From the NCBI RefSeq assembly GCF_009914755.1, contig NC_060943.1: 64,000 nucleotides of DNA. The stretch is one strand, 5' to 3'. The notes below the pieces were generated by a model, which saw only the letters and a list, made by a program, of their open reading frames with translations, did not search any database and was not told where the DNA came from. The translations under genes were made by a program, and so were the position numbers. This DNA comes from the human T2T-CHM13v2.0 reference genome, Homo sapiens. Positions 1-27,403 of this stretch are shown piece by piece. Every line of letters starts with the position of its first letter. Within the stretch, counting starts at the first letter, position 1.

Positions 1-111
1 AAAAAAAAAGATGTCCCATATCATTTATGAAAAATAAATAAACACAAGCTGAACTATCGTGAGATACCTTTTTCTCCCAGGTCAGAAGGGCAAAAGCCCT
101 CCTGTCTGCTA

Positions 112-3760
<3,649 letters not shown>

Positions 3761-4049
3761 AGTCAAAAAACAGTAAAGATACTGTTATTACAGGCGGGGA
3801 AAGGGAGGCTGAGAGGGGAAAGGACTTTGCCGACAAGCTGAGTACAGGGCTGAGGGCCCGGCCTCACACCCTCGGTGAGGGGGGACCTTGTGCAATGGAA
3901 GGAAGGAGCACTTCCTCCCTCTTCGGAGCTGCAGCGACTGATTTCCTTCAGGCCCAGGAGGGCAGATGCCCTTTAGCCTCCTGCCGCTCCCATCACTGAC
4001 CCCTCCCCACCTCTGCGTCTGGAGGGCAGGGGTGCCTGGACACTCCAGG

Positions 4050-4760
4050 CAGGCGACAGGTGACAGGTGATCACGCCCCCTCAACGCCGCCGGGGCCCAC
4101 AAGGCCCCGCTCCCTATGAGTTCAGTCCTGCCCCAGTGATGACCCCGGCCTCACGGTCCCGCGCCCCCCACTCAGCCTCCGACCCTAACAATCCGCACCC
4201 CTTCTTCAGTACCCACCTCCGCGGTCCGCGCCCCCTCCTCGGGCCCCGCCCCCAATGCTCCGCGCCCCCTCCCCGGGCCTGCCAGCACTCAAATATCCGG
4301 GACGGCGGTGGCACGTACCCCCGGGCCCACGTTATGGGAGAAGGAATGCACGACGCCGCCGGGCCGCACGTCAAACGCCACCGTCGTGGGCTCGGACACC
4401 GCCTCCGCCGGCCTCAGCGCCACGGCCCCTAGGAGCAGCGCGGCCCACAAGCTCGCGCCGACGCCGTTCCACCCTCCGCTGGGCGCCGCCATGTTGGACT
4501 AGGGTCCTCAGGGCAGGGGCGGGTAGACGGGGCGCGGCGAGGGACACGTGGAGCGTCCGCCGGAGGCCACGTCGGCGTCGGCTGTCCACGTGACCCGGCA
4601 CGCCCCGCCCTGTCCACCGCCCGGGGCCACCATCTTGGGGGCGGGACTTTGTCGAGGGGGCGGGACTTTTGCCGAGGGGGCGGGGCCGCCGAGGGGGCGG
4701 GGCCGCCGAGGGGGCGGCCTCGTACCCTAGGGACCCTGCGTAGCCCGGCGATCCTTGGAG
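4050..4760 (-). promoter_or_regulatory. MYDGF: MYDGF CpG-island promoter
   Basis: CpG-dense; CACGTG at 4545-4550 and 4587-4592, CCACGTC 4567-4573, YY1-like CCATCTT ~4630, tandem GGGGCGGG boxes 4636-4718. Confidence 0.85.
4319..4492 (-). CDS. MYDGF: MYDGF coding exon 1 (signal peptide + N-terminus of myeloid-derived growth factor, C19orf10)
   Basis: ATG at 4492 in good context (aacATGG); MAAPSGGWNGVGASLWAALLLGAVALRPAEAVSEPTTVAFDVRPGGVVHSFSHNVGPG (58 codons), then GGG|GTACGT donor. Confidence 0.98.
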
Positions 4761-4942
4761 GGTCCCTCAGGTGGTAATGGAGTTCGTTTTGGGGTCTCAG
4801 GGTCCCTCACCAGCCGTGTGACTGACTGCAGCTCTTTCAGTTAGGAGATGTACAGGGAGTGAGGGAAATCGAAGGTCACCATTAGGCGAACTTCTCATAA
4901 TCGTTGCAGCCAAGATGTGTGTGCATCGATATTCAAAATTAG

Positions 4943-5305
<363 letters not shown>

Positions 5306-5887
5306 TGATAACCTGGCTTGTCCTAGGGGTTACAGACGATGTTCACATTAGGGGGAGTTGGATGAAGCGTATTAGGAAACCCTACAGTTTCTGCAGATTT
5401 TCTGGGAGGCAAAAATTATTTCAAAATAAAAAGTTAAAAAGAAAATAATCCCTACCTCAAGGAGTTGTTGGGAGGAGTAAGTGAGGGAATTAAGTTCCCA
5501 CACCGGGACGAATGAACTGAGAATTATATATTGTAGCTATTGCTATCATTAGATCCCAGGTTTTCAACTAGAGAAGGAAGTCATTCTTTGGTTACAAATG
5601 GCTTAACATTTCAAGAAAACACCAGTGGCCAGGCCTGGGGGGTCAATAATTAAGCTGGTGTTTCTAGTCCTTCCCAACTGGCAAAAAACAGAATCCAGAG
5701 AGAAAACGTCATAGATGACTCCTAAGATGGGTTATAATTCACCCTTTGAGGAATTAAATCACTCTACTCCATAGCTACGGAGGGTGGTGAGCCCCAGGGA
5801 GGTGAGAAGGATCCCCGTGGAGGCTGACTCCTCTGCCAATGACAGAAGTCCAAGCCAGTTGCCTTTCTGCAGTGGCAGCCTGTTCTA

Positions 5888-7054
<1,167 letters not shown>

Positions 7055-7223
7055 CTAACAAGGAATTTCAGTTGTGAGCTGTTGGGAGTCTGCTACGGAA
7101 CCCAGGCAGGTTGTGCGTATGCGTGTGCATGCGTGTGTGTGTTCTTTCCAGAAAGGTTTCGGCCCCAAGTTTCACCCACCCACCACAAATCATCACACTA
7201 AAAGGATTAAAAGAAAAAACAAG

Positions 7224-8822
<1,599 letters not shown>

Positions 8823-9419
8823 TCGTATGTTTTTTTAAGCCCCCCCCCCCTTTTTTTTTTTTTAAAAAAAGTGGAAATTTCCAAAGGATGGAGCAAGTGG
8901 ATAAGCAGGGCAGTCCATCCCTGCTGTTAGAAATGGAGCCCACATGCCCCGCACGTTGCAAACAGGGTCTGCTGGGTGTCTTGGCTGCTGGGACGATGTG
9001 AGGAGGGCCTTGGCCTGTCGTGGTCCTCAGGGTGCAGAGTCTCAGGTAGAAAAGGAGGTGTTGGCTGGGGGAGGATCCAGCATGGAGGATGCTGTAATTT
9101 GGGTTGTGCTGAGGCTCTGGGGAGCCCGGGGGGCCAGTCCAGGCCACACACGACAGCCAGAGCTGAGTCCCTGGAGACCGGTAGACCTTCCTAGACCAGC
9201 GAGGACAGGACTACCCTCATCAGGTGGCTGGGGCCATCCTCTGTGGGTCAGTCTGATCAGGGCATGGTGCCCAGGCAGCCCCAGCACCCCAGGAGTCCCC
9301 ACAGATGGCAGTGCCCTTCTGCCATGTCTTGTCTGTTGCCCCCCGGAAGCCCCTCCCACTCAGGAGCCCCAGGACTTAGAAGGAACCTCAGGCAGGTGAC
9401 ATGTTTCCAACTGGAATCG

Positions 9420-9425
9420 TTTAAT
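9420..9425 (-). terminator. DPP9: DPP9 polyadenylation signal ATTAAA
   Basis: + strand TTTAAT at the distal end of an AU-rich UTR segment. Confidence 0.7.
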
Positions 9426-9833
9426 GTGTCTACTTCTTCCACGCATAATTATAAAAGAATAAGAATCGACAAAAATATTTTCTTTCCATAATATGTAGAG
9501 GTGGTTTGTTTCTTTTTTTTTTTTTTCTTTTCTTTTTACTTTTTTTTTTGCCCGCCCCTGGCAGAGCTCTTGGCGGGGAGGGAAGGGGAGAGGGAAATAT
9601 AACCCTGAGGTGGGGATGGTTCAGCTCCCAACCCCGGAACCCCTGGTGTGTACGGGTCAGGCAGACACATGTGGCTGGGCGGCTGGGCTGGGGAGGGGAC
9701 AGCCGCCACTGACCAGCAGAGCGTGGAAGTTCGGTGCGTTTCAGTGCCTGCCTGAAAGCTTGGGGACAGGAGGGCTGTCCACAGGTGGTGCCCCCCGCGG
9801 GCCCTGGCCGCTTCTCCTGTGGGGCCCGCATGA

Positions 9834-10245
<412 letters not shown>

Positions 10246-10736
10246 TGTCTTTTAAATAATTATGAAAAATATCCCCCCAAACAAAACACAAACATCAAGT
10301 TGGGGAGGCTGGCCGGGGGGGACAGGCAATTGCATGCTTGGGTGCTGGGGACGGTGGCTGGCCGGGCCAGGGGACTGAGAGGTCACAGGGAGCCCCAGGC
10401 GGAAGGCAGCCCGCTCCTCTGAGTCTCTTCTGGCCTCTCCAGTGCCCATCAGCGTGTGACCTCCTCCTCCCAGAAGGCGGGGAGAGGAGGGGCTGGCCCG
10501 AGACCACCATCTCTCTGTCTCGGCAACCAAGAAGCAGCGGACATAAAACCCAAGAGCGTTTAAAAAAGGATAAAAGGCGTCGGGGCGGTGAAGGCAGCGG
10601 CTCCTCGGGGCTGGCCAGCGCTGGGCGGGACAAAGTGCCTCACTGGGGCCCGCGGGCCACTCAGTCCCTCCCGCCTGGTTCCCCGCGGAGGCTGCAGCCA
10701 CTTGTGCTGTGATGTGGCGGCTCCCGGTGGGCAGGC

Positions 10737-10883
<147 letters not shown>

Positions 10884-12130
10884 CTAGGCTCCTCCCTTAT
10901 TCTGGCTCAGGGCATCCGGGAAGGCGCAGGTGCTCTGAGGCCCAGTGATCTGGGTTTGAATCCCACCTCGGCTGTTGACTTGCAGTGTAACTCTGGGCCT
11001 CTCTAAAAAATGGGGTGAATCCGGACCTCACAGTCTTTGGGAGGATTTGGTAAGACAAAGTTTACAAAACGCCTTGCGGTGTGCACGCGCTTGCACAGAG
11101 GAAAGATTTAGGAAGAAACCGTTTGCCTCTTTCCCCCAAACCGGCTGACGGGCGACCAACTCATCTCTGTGGAGGTGGCTGAGGCTTCAAGCCTCAGGGA
11201 CATCTGGTGCCCTGGTCTCGAGCCATTTCCACTTTACCAAAAGGCATGTGACTAGCTCTGGGCCTTAGGACAGCTGCCTGTGAGGATTTGTGAAGCATTT
11301 TCTGGGTCCTCTTAGCGCCCAAGGGGGATCAAGCCAAGAGGCAGGCAGTAACATGGAACTCCCCAGGCTCCTGAGACCTGGACCAGCCAACGCCAGGCCT
11401 GGGGGTGGATCCACACGGGGATGCAGGTCCTGCCTCTGGCCACGAAGGAGGGCTCTCGAGGCACTGACGGACAACCCCTATAGCTCCCCACTGCCCCCTA
11501 GGGGTTGGTAGGACCAAGGCATGAAAATAACCCTACGTTCTCCACAAAGAACCCCGGGGCTGGCCGGCAGCAGGGGCAGGTGGCCCATCTACGCCACCTC
11601 CTGCCAGTGAGATGGGTTTCTGAATCATCCCCTCCTCTCCAGGCTCCTGGTCCCCACTGTTGCCCATCACCCTGGGAATGCACCAAGCCACCCACTGGTT
11701 TCCCCTCCTCTACTCTTGCCTTCTTTAATCCATCCCTGGATGAATCACGAGTTTGATGACACCGTCCCCAGCCTAGACCTCTGCAAGGACTTGCCAGTCT
11801 GACATCAAGACCAGCTTCCAGGTCCTGCTGCCCCAGGCACTTCAAGGGCCCACTCCTTCCCCAGCCCGGGCAGTGGCACTCCCTGGGGCAGACTCTGCTG
11901 CCCTTGACACCAGCCATATGCACATGTTGTGCCCATGCCTTTATGCCACTCTGGGTCCCAGCTGCCTGGTTACTTTTTCCTCTTGGCTAAGAGGGCAGAT
12001 AGAGGGTCTGTCTGGCTCCCCAATGAGCTTCCAGACCAAGCCCAAGGCCCGGCATGTGACAAATGTGATTTGTGTATAAAGAGGGCCTGGGGCCGCCAGC
12101 TGCCTGGCCCAGATGTTTTGGGGTCTTTGA

Positions 12131-12751
<621 letters not shown>

Positions 12752-13176
12752 TGAAGTTCCATTCCAGCCCTGCCTGATATCACTCCCTGGGCTGCTTGGG
12801 ATGTGGGGTGTCGGTGGGGGGCACCGCCAAGAGATCAGCTCATCACCGCACAAGGTGGCTCTGCCTCCCTCCTGCTCTGCGGCCCCATTTCCCTGCTCTG
12901 TTGAAAGGCAACAGGACGCTCCCCACAGGACAGAGCATGCCGAGGCGCCCAGGAAGCAGAAATTGTCTGCAGTCCACAGGTAATAAAACCTGGCCCTCTT
13001 GCCTCCAAGATACCTCCTGAATCTCCCGCCGGTACAACTATGGACCACGTCCCACTGTCCCCCACAGGCCATCCACAAAGCAGCCAGAGAAATGTGGGTC
13101 AAATGGCAAGCCGCCCAACTCTATGCTCTGCTCACAAGCCCGAGTCACCTCCCACCACCCTCAGTTGAAAATCCAG

Positions 13177-13520
13177 CCGAAGCCCCGCCCCCGCTGAGGC
13201 CCCACCCCTCTATAGCAGAAGCTCCACCCTGCTTACTGAGGGCCCCCCCTCCTCTACAGCAGAAGCCCCACCCTCCTCACCGCTGAGGCGCTGCTCCCAC
13301 ACCGAGCCCCACCCTCTCCACTACCGAGGCCCTTCCCCACACCGAGGCCAACCATTTACTGCGGAAGCCCCACCCACCGTAACACTGAAGCCCCGTCCCT
13401 CTGCAGAAGTCCCACCCTCCTCGCCATTGAGGCCCCGCCCATAACCATGCCCACCCCTTAGCGCAGAAGCCCCGCCCACCTAGACTGAGCCCCACGTTGC
13501 TGCCAAGGCTCCACCCACTC
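13177..13520. repeat. Degenerate tandem array of GA(A/G)GCCCC(A/G)CCC motifs
   Basis: Roughly 15-20 imperfect copies spaced about 15-30 bp apart. Confidence 0.75.
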
Positions 13521-13734
13521 CCCCACTCTCCTCCCGCTCGGTCCCCCAAGCCTGGCTGGCTCCACTCACTCTAGCACCCTTCACTGCTGCCTCCTCAGGG
13601 AATGCTTGGCCCCAGCGCCTTAGGAAGGAGCCTGCTAGGGCCTTCAGCACTCAGCGGTTTCTTCTACGCAATTTCTCAGTTTCAAATAAAGCCCGTCTGC
13701 GGGGCAATTTCGGTAAGGGTTCCTCCCTCCATTA

Positions 13735-16320
<2,586 letters not shown>

Positions 16321-16867
16321 CATGCCCAGGCAGATTTTTAACCCCCTAGGTGACTGCATGGGATTCCGGGGAACATTTTCTGGAGACGTGCCAGAAAATG
16401 GGAACACTGTTTTCTCTCCATCAGAGAATAAGACCCATGTCAAAAGCATAAAATGGGACATCTGAGCTGGTCCCTGGCCCTGTGGACATCTATGTCCTGA
16501 AGCACAAGACAGAGGCTGTGATGGGGCCTCCAGCAGGATGCAGGGGAGTGGGGGAGGCTTGCCTGTGAAAAGCAGTGACTCGAATTCCCTCATCTTTCCC
16601 AGGGCAGGGCTGTGAGCCTCCTTCCCCAGACAAGCATCCCTGGGTGCCCCTTCCTGCAAGGTGCAGTGAGGAGGGAGGGTGGGCTGGAGGGGACTGTGAG
16701 GCACATGCAGGCAGACGCCACCACAGGAGCACAGCGGGGAGGCTCCACATGGCCTGAGGCTCCCTGGGCAGGGCCAGCTGGGGCAGGAGGGCACCCTCAT
16801 AGAGACAGCTGGTGCCGGGGTGCAGGAGAAGCCCCGGGGAGGAGCGCAGGGCAGGGCAGTGGCCTTA

Positions 16868-17826
<959 letters not shown>

Positions 17827-18212
17827 TCAGTGGCCTCCTCCCGGTATGTCCCTCCCCTGCAGTGACACCTCTGCTCCTTTCAGGGCGTCTCTCCCTCTTG
17901 GATGAAAAGTGGCTCGCTGGAAGCCCCCTGTCCTTCCAGGCCCTGCTAACCCTGCCTGCTATCTGGGGATGGCTGGACAGATCCAGCAGCCATCTTGCTC
18001 TGCCACCTCCCAGGTGAGTGGCTCTGGGAGCCACGTCCCCTCTGAGGGCGTCAGTTTGCCCATCCCTAATAAAGGGACATTAACAGGAAGAGGACCCATT
18101 TTCTAGAGGGCACAAGGAAGAAAAAGACGGGTGCCCAGGCATGTGCAAGGGCACAAAGAATGGCTGGTGCCATCGCCGTTGTCACTACCAGCCACATCCC
18201 CACCACCGCCAC

Positions 18213-18575
18213 TGCCACGATTTCAATGCTGGTGTCCCCTCTGAAGTCCGTGCTGAGATCACTACTGCGGCCTTCAAGCGACTGATCCATGGGGCCCACT
18301 CATGTGAATGGGATGAGGGGCCCTTATAAAAGGGCCTGATGGAGGGAGGCCACGGCTTTTCCGCTCCTTGCAACCCCTCTGCCGTGTAGGAAGCAGCACA
18401 GGGCCTCTCTGGAGGGTTGCTGACCAGGCAACCTCGTGGGAACAGAGAGCAGCCCTCCCCGACACAGCCCTGCCTTGGCCTTGGACCTCCCAGCCTCCAG
18501 AACTGTGAGAGATTTTCGTTCTTTATAAATCCCCAGGCTGTGGGGTTTTGTTCCAGCAGTGCAAAGGGGCCGAGA
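18213..18575 (+). mobile_element. MaLR LTR (MLT1A-like)
   Basis: GACCTCCCAGCCTCCAGAACTGTGAGA...TTTATAAAT signature. Confidence 0.75.
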
Positions 18576-18697
18576 TGATCGCCATCACCACCGTCGTCAT
18601 CACCAGTGTCAGCACAACTTGTCTCTGTCCCTGCAGGGCGCAGCCCAGAGCTGAGCAGCAAAGCATACATCCCCTTTTGTTCTAAAAGGGCGCCTCA

Positions 18698-19090
<393 letters not shown>

Positions 19091-19249
19091 CTAATGAAAG
19101 CACCTGTGCCCCGGAGGCTCTGGATGGACACCTGGGAGTGGCAAGGCGGGAGGGGCCCATACTCGGGACCCTGCTAGGGAGGGGGAAGGGCCACTGTCAG
19201 GCTCTTTCTCAGCTGGGCCACTGCCCCAGTCCTGCCTGGAACAACTACT

Positions 19250-19401
19250 CTGGCATGATGGACATTGGGGTGGCTCCTTCTCGGGTGGGGCCATCTGGGC
19301 ACTGCGGGGTGCTGAGAAGCCACTCCAGGCCAGGAGAACTCGCAGTGGTGATGAACCACAAAGTACCCAGACATCGCCCCGTATCCTCTGTGGGGACAGA
19401 G
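19250..19401 (-). mobile_element. MER20 (hAT-Charlie) fragment
   Basis: Degenerate match to the other local MER20 copies. Confidence 0.6.
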
Positions 19402-19720
19402 CTGCTCTGGGTAAGATGTGCGCCTAAGATGGTCCAACTGCCAATCTGCTGCCTGCTTTTGACCCCTGCTCCAGGAATTGGGCCCAGGGCCCATGGCCAC
19501 CTCCATACCAACCTGGAGACTAGGGGACTTCCTAGAGGAACAAGGGAGAGTCAGCAGGCGGAGGGGGAAGGGGAGGCCATCCAGGAAGGGCGGGGAGCGT
19601 GCAAACGGGCACAGAGAAAGGAGGGTGAGGGGCCCCGAGGACCCTGTGTAGTCAGGGCAGGCGGGGTGGGCTGGGGCACCAGGCAGGTAGCCGGGGAGCC
19701 TCCTCTGGTTGACTGTTCTA

Positions 19721-20101
<381 letters not shown>

Positions 20102-20109
20102 TCATTAAA

Positions 20110-22580
20110 TAAGATTTGTACAGTTTTTGTAGAGATGGGGTCTTGTCTCCCTGTTGCCCAGGCTGGTCTCGACTTCCTGGCCTCAAGCGATCCTCCCACC
20201 TCGGCCTCCTGTGTAGGGTCACTGCTATTTTTGCAAAGCAACAGTTGTTGTCCAATTAGGATGGTGGGGGTTTTTCTGTTTTTTTTCTTTTTCTTCTTTT
20301 TTTTTTTCAAGACAAAGTCTTGTGATCTTGGCTCACTGCAACCTCCGCCTTCCTGGGTTCAAGCGATTATCCTGCCTCAGCCTCCTGAGTAGCTAGGATT
20401 ATAGGTGCACGGCACCACGCCCGGCTAATGTTTTTGTATTTTTAGTAGAGACGGGGTTTCACCATGTTGGCCAAACTTGTCTCGAACTGTATTTTTTTTT
20501 TTTTTTTTTTGAGACGGAGTCTCACTCTGTCACCCAGGCTGCAATGCAGTGGCACGATCTTGGTTCACGGCAACTTGCACCTCCTGGGTTTGAGCAATTC
20601 TCCTGCCTCATCTTCCCAAGTAGCTGGGATTACAGGTGCGCGCCACCACATTTGGCTAATTTTTGTACTTTTAGTAGAGATGGGGTTTCACCATATTGGC
20701 CAGGCTGGTCTCGAACTCCTGTCCTTAGGTGATCCACCCACCTATGTCTCCCAAAGTGCTGGGATTACAGACGTGAGCCACCACACCCAGCCATCGAACT
20801 CCTGACCTTGGGTGACCCGCACACCTTGGCCTCCCAATGTGCTGGGATTACAGGCGTGAGGCACTGCACCTGGCCCAAAGTTTTTTCTTTAAATAAATGT
20901 ATGTAGGTAAATTTTGGTGGGGCAATTTATAGGAAGGTGAGTAAAGGGTACTACAGGTCTAGGGGTAGCAGAAGTTTACTGTGGAGGGCCAGATAGCAAA
21001 TATATTGGGCTCTGGGAATTGGGCGTGGCGGGACACGCTCCGTGCTGTGTCTCTGTGTCATCTGCTGCGGTAGCGCTAATGTGGCCACAGACCACAGAGG
21101 GACTGCACGTGGCTGGATTTGGCAGCAGTTGGCCTGCTCCTAATGCAGGCAGTCTTCAAACGTGGCACAGATTGGGAGTTTCGGGAAACAGTGCCTCGTT
21201 CCCCAGGGCACTGAGGTTCTGGTCTCTGCCCCCACTGCTAGGCTGGGTGCCCTGCTGAGCCCCTTCCCCTCCCTGACCCATCTCCTCATCTGAAGCCAGG
21301 GCTCCAGCTCCTGGCGGTGTCGGTGCGGACAGGAGAGTGAGGACTGGGCTCTAGAGGGAGGCCTGGGATCTGTTTCTGCTCAGGGGTGAGGGCATCACAA
21401 AATGCTTTCCAGCCCACGGAATACCCCGCATATGCTGGAAATTCGTTGTGTTTAGAATGTTCTGGAAACCCACCAACATGGCAGAGACAGGGCCAGGGTG
21501 GGTTGTCCTTGTACTGAGTGATGCCTGGGAGCCCAGCAGTGTGCTGACCCGCTGGTTTTCATCCCACACTCTGTATATACAGTTTCGTTGATAAAGAAAC
21601 ACTTCATGGTGATACGCTGATGTGTGTGACGGAGCCAGCACTGGAACCCGGAGTCACCAATGCAGGGTCCTGGCCAACTTCCAGGTTCTGGGCAAGGTGT
21701 CAGGTTGCCTCATTTCCTGAGGCCCCCCTGTGACTGACCCTTTGCTCCTTTTCCTGATAAAGGCCTCGGAGTGTCGGCTCTGAGCAGGTGCTGCTGTGGG
21801 CGGCAGCCTCTGGGCACAGGACACCATAAAGGGCCCTCTGCATGCCGCTGTGGCCAGGACTGCAGGGTCCTGGAGAAGGTGAGTGGAAAGCCTGATAACC
21901 ACGGCGGGTTTCAAACCAGTGTGGGTGGACTCTGACATCCCGGCCACCCCTGCATGGACCACCACTGTTCAAAAGGTTTTTTTTTTTTGAGACGGAGTCT
22001 CGCTCTGTCGCCCAGGCTAAAGTACAGTGGTGCGATCTCAGCTCACTGCAACCTCTGTGTCCTGGGCTCAGGCCATTCTCTTGCCTCAGCCTCCCGAGTA
22101 GTGGGACTACAGGCGCCCGCCACCATGCTCGGCTAATTTTTTGTATTTTTAGTAGAGATGGTGTTTCACCGTGTTAGCCAGGATGGTCTCGATCTCCTGA
22201 CCTTGTGATCCACCCGCCTCAGCCTCCCAAAGTGCTGGGATTACAGGCATGAGCCACCGCGCCTGGCCCAAAATGTTTTTAATTTTTAATTTTTTTTTAG
22301 AGTCAGGGTCTTGCTCTGTTGCCCAGGCTGAAGTGCAGTGGTACAATCACACTTCACTGCAGCCTCCGACTTCTGGGCACAAATGATCCCCCCCATCTCA
22401 GTCTCTGGAGTAGCTAGGACTACATGTGCACACTACTACACCCGGCTAATTTTTAACATTTTTGTAGAGGGAGTTCTTACTATGTTGCTCAGGCTGGTCT
22501 CAAACTCCTACGTGCAAGCAATCCTCCTGCCTTGGCCTCCCAAAGCATTGGGATTACAGGCAGAAGCCACTGTGCCCGCT
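20110..22580 (-). mobile_element. Alus in DPP9 intron 16 (20110-20876 and 21976-22580)
   Basis: T-tail-first Alu sequences. Confidence 0.9.
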
Positions 22581-22924
22581 GATGAAAATGTTTACTTGTC
22601 ACCTGCCCACTACCCTGGGAGCTCCCAGTGACAGGGTCTGTGTCTCACTGGTTACCATTTTGGCAGGGGGTTGGCACGGAGCTGCATCCCTGCCGGGTTC
22701 TGTGCAGTCCGGCCCTTTACTGCAGCTCGAACCCAGGACCGTCTCGGACGGCAGGGGCTGTGGCTTATGTCCTATGACGAGTTCCCAGATGCTTGGAGGG
22801 GCCTGGGTGCTGTGGGAGGCCAGGCAGGCCAGCTCCAGGCCTCTGCCTCTTTCCCCAGCATGGGGCCCTCGTCCCGTTTTACAGCCGGGCGGGCGGAGGC
22901 CTCCGTGGGGCGGGGCAGGGGCTA

Positions 22925-23185
<261 letters not shown>

Positions 23186-23541
23186 TCATGAAACCTCAAA
23201 GCTCCACCCGCTGCTGCAAGGGGGGCACCACTGCCATCGCCCCATTCTGCAGAGCAGGAAACTGAGGCCAGGACGAGTCTGTCCCCCAGCCAGGGGCCTA
23301 TGGACAGTCACCGACCGCTGGATCTGCCGAGGGCTCTGCCACTGCACAGGCCTGCAAGCTTGCTGGCTCCACAGCTGGCAAACTGCAGCTGACTCGTGCC
23401 CTGGACTAGGGGTGGCCCTCTGCATGGCCACCGCCTGACATTCTAGAATGTTCTGAGAGGCTAAGGGCCACATCCCACCGCACACAGAGCGGCGGAGCCC
23501 CAGCTCAGCGGACGGGCACTGGGGGGCTCCACCACTTACTA

Positions 23542-24027
<486 letters not shown>

Positions 24028-24906
24028 TTAGGGCTGGAGATGAACCATCCCTGAGAGATGCGCTTATCTGGCCCCGTGGGCTGGGAGCAGCCCCTGGTCG
24101 AGCTGGGAACTGCGTGTCCTCAGGCGGGACCTGGGGCCTGCATTCCACCCCCAGACAGCTCTTTCCTAGCTTGAATTGGGAGGGCCCACCAGAGCCAGGT
24201 GGGAAGGCCAGGGAGGGCACCGTGCCCGAAACAGAGGCTCAGGGAAACCCGGCAGTCCCCAGCCTGGTCAGCCGTTCCTCCGACCCAGGTGCTTGGGTTC
24301 AGAAGTGGCAGGGCCCTACCTTCCTGTGGGAAGCCCCAGTAGGCCCCGAAGTGGTGTCTCCTGGAGGAGTGGGAGGGCAGCCTGCACTGCGTGGAGCAGC
24401 GGGGCCCCTCCTTCACCTGTGCTGGGATGCTAATGGTCTCGAAACAACTGCTGCTGCCCAGGAGCGAGCAGGCTTTGGCTGATGCCTGGAAAGGAGCCGG
24501 GAGGCCTCAGAGCCCCGAGGGAGGAGAGGGCATTGCCCCTGTGCCCAGGGCCTGAGAGGCCGGTGGAGGCAGCTGGAGCGTGGGGTGACCAGGGACCCTA
24601 AGACGTGAAGAAACTGAGGATAAGTGGTCTCCTGGGACAGCGGGGCACAAGCTTCCAGTCGGGGGAGCATCATGCCCCACAACAAGGCAGCTGGACGCAT
24701 GGCCCCAGACGGCCTGCAGAGGACACACTTCCTCTTTCATGATTTCTAAAAGGCTTCCAATGTTTTCCTTAATTTCAGGGTGAAAGGATAAAGCACGTGA
24801 ATGGCACAACGTTCAAGATGAGACGGGGAGGTGATGAAATGATTGGCTTGTGTGTATGGTAGACACCGTGCTGAGGCCTGCGAACTGCTGTAAAGCAGGG
24901 TCCTCA

Positions 24907-25257
<351 letters not shown>

Positions 25258-25374
25258 TCAGACGCCAGCACAGGCCACTGCGTCAGACCTGCCACATGGG
25301 CAAGGAAGCCTGCGGGGCCTGTTCCTGCCATGTGGATGGCAGGCCCAGTGTTTCCCACGATAAACCAGGAGACC

Positions 25375-26348
<974 letters not shown>

Positions 26349-27242
26349 TGATTGTTTTTTTGGGGGGTAGGAGGGTTGACTTCATGTTTGAATTTTCACC
26401 AGGTAAAGAATGACAGTGCGGGGTGCATCATGGCACACAGCAGAAACACACTGAGATGGTTTGTAACTGAGGGCTCACTGTCCTTTCCTAACCTTTTAGG
26501 TCTAAACAAGCTACGGCAAACGTGTCTGTCAGGAGCACGGGAGGGCAGATGTGGTTTCCCTGGCGTAGAGGTCTGGGTGTGGTTACTTGTGGCATCGGGG
26601 CCTGGGGAGGAGAGCGGTTCCCACCCAGCCCCAAGACCCAGGCTCCTGCCCGCGTCCCGACGTGTTCCTTCTGATGCAATGTCACTTGGGGTCACCTCCT
26701 CGCCATGCAGCTGCTGTCTAGGAGATGCATGGTGTGTGCTGGGGGCTGAGCAGGGTGCTGGGAAATCTGGTGTGCCCACCTCACAGGCCGGGGGTCCCTG
26801 GGGGCACTGCAGCAGCCTGGAGGGTCTGTGCCCCTGGAGAGTGGCAGCTGCAGCTGGCTCCACTTGAGACCACATTTGAAACGTGAGCACTCGGGCTGGC
26901 CCATTTTCCCACAGGGGGCAAAATGAGCATTTACATGAAATCCCAATGCCAGATGGCGGTGGCTGAGCCAGCCAGACAGAAAGTGAAACACCAATGAGCC
27001 GAAGACAGCTCCCCTTTGAGACGCTTAGCCAGTAAGTCTGCACTGGCCGCATCCCACCCAGGAGGACCCCGATGCTGGCCTGAGGCAGCTGTCACCCCGC
27101 CGGTCCGCATCATACTCAGCTCCGTGGCAGCCTACAGCATCACCTGTCCCTGGCTCATTCGCCCTTCAGCTCCTGCAGTCCCGGATGCCTCGCTCCCTGG
27201 GGTCTCTGTCCCCTGTGTTGGGGGACGCCTTGGCTGCTGTGT

Positions 27243-27403
27243 GGGCTCTGCCCCCAGAGGGCACCGGACCACATCTAGGGACATCTGTGGTTGTCACAAC
27301 TGGAGGTGCTCCTGGCATGGAGTGGGTGGAGGCCAGGGATGCCACTTGGTGCACAGGATGGCCCCGCCCCAGAGAACCACCCGGCCCTGGCGTCCATGGT
27401 GTC
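27243..27403 (+). mobile_element. MER20
   Basis: GGTTGTCACAACTGG...GAGGCCAGGGATGC core. Confidence 0.8.

Noticed and set aside
9511-9549. A-rich tract in the DPP9 3' UTR resembling a poly(A) end, and the Lys-rich ORF 9430-9831
   Set aside because: Genomic A-run; would cause oligo-dT internal priming and low-complexity translation.
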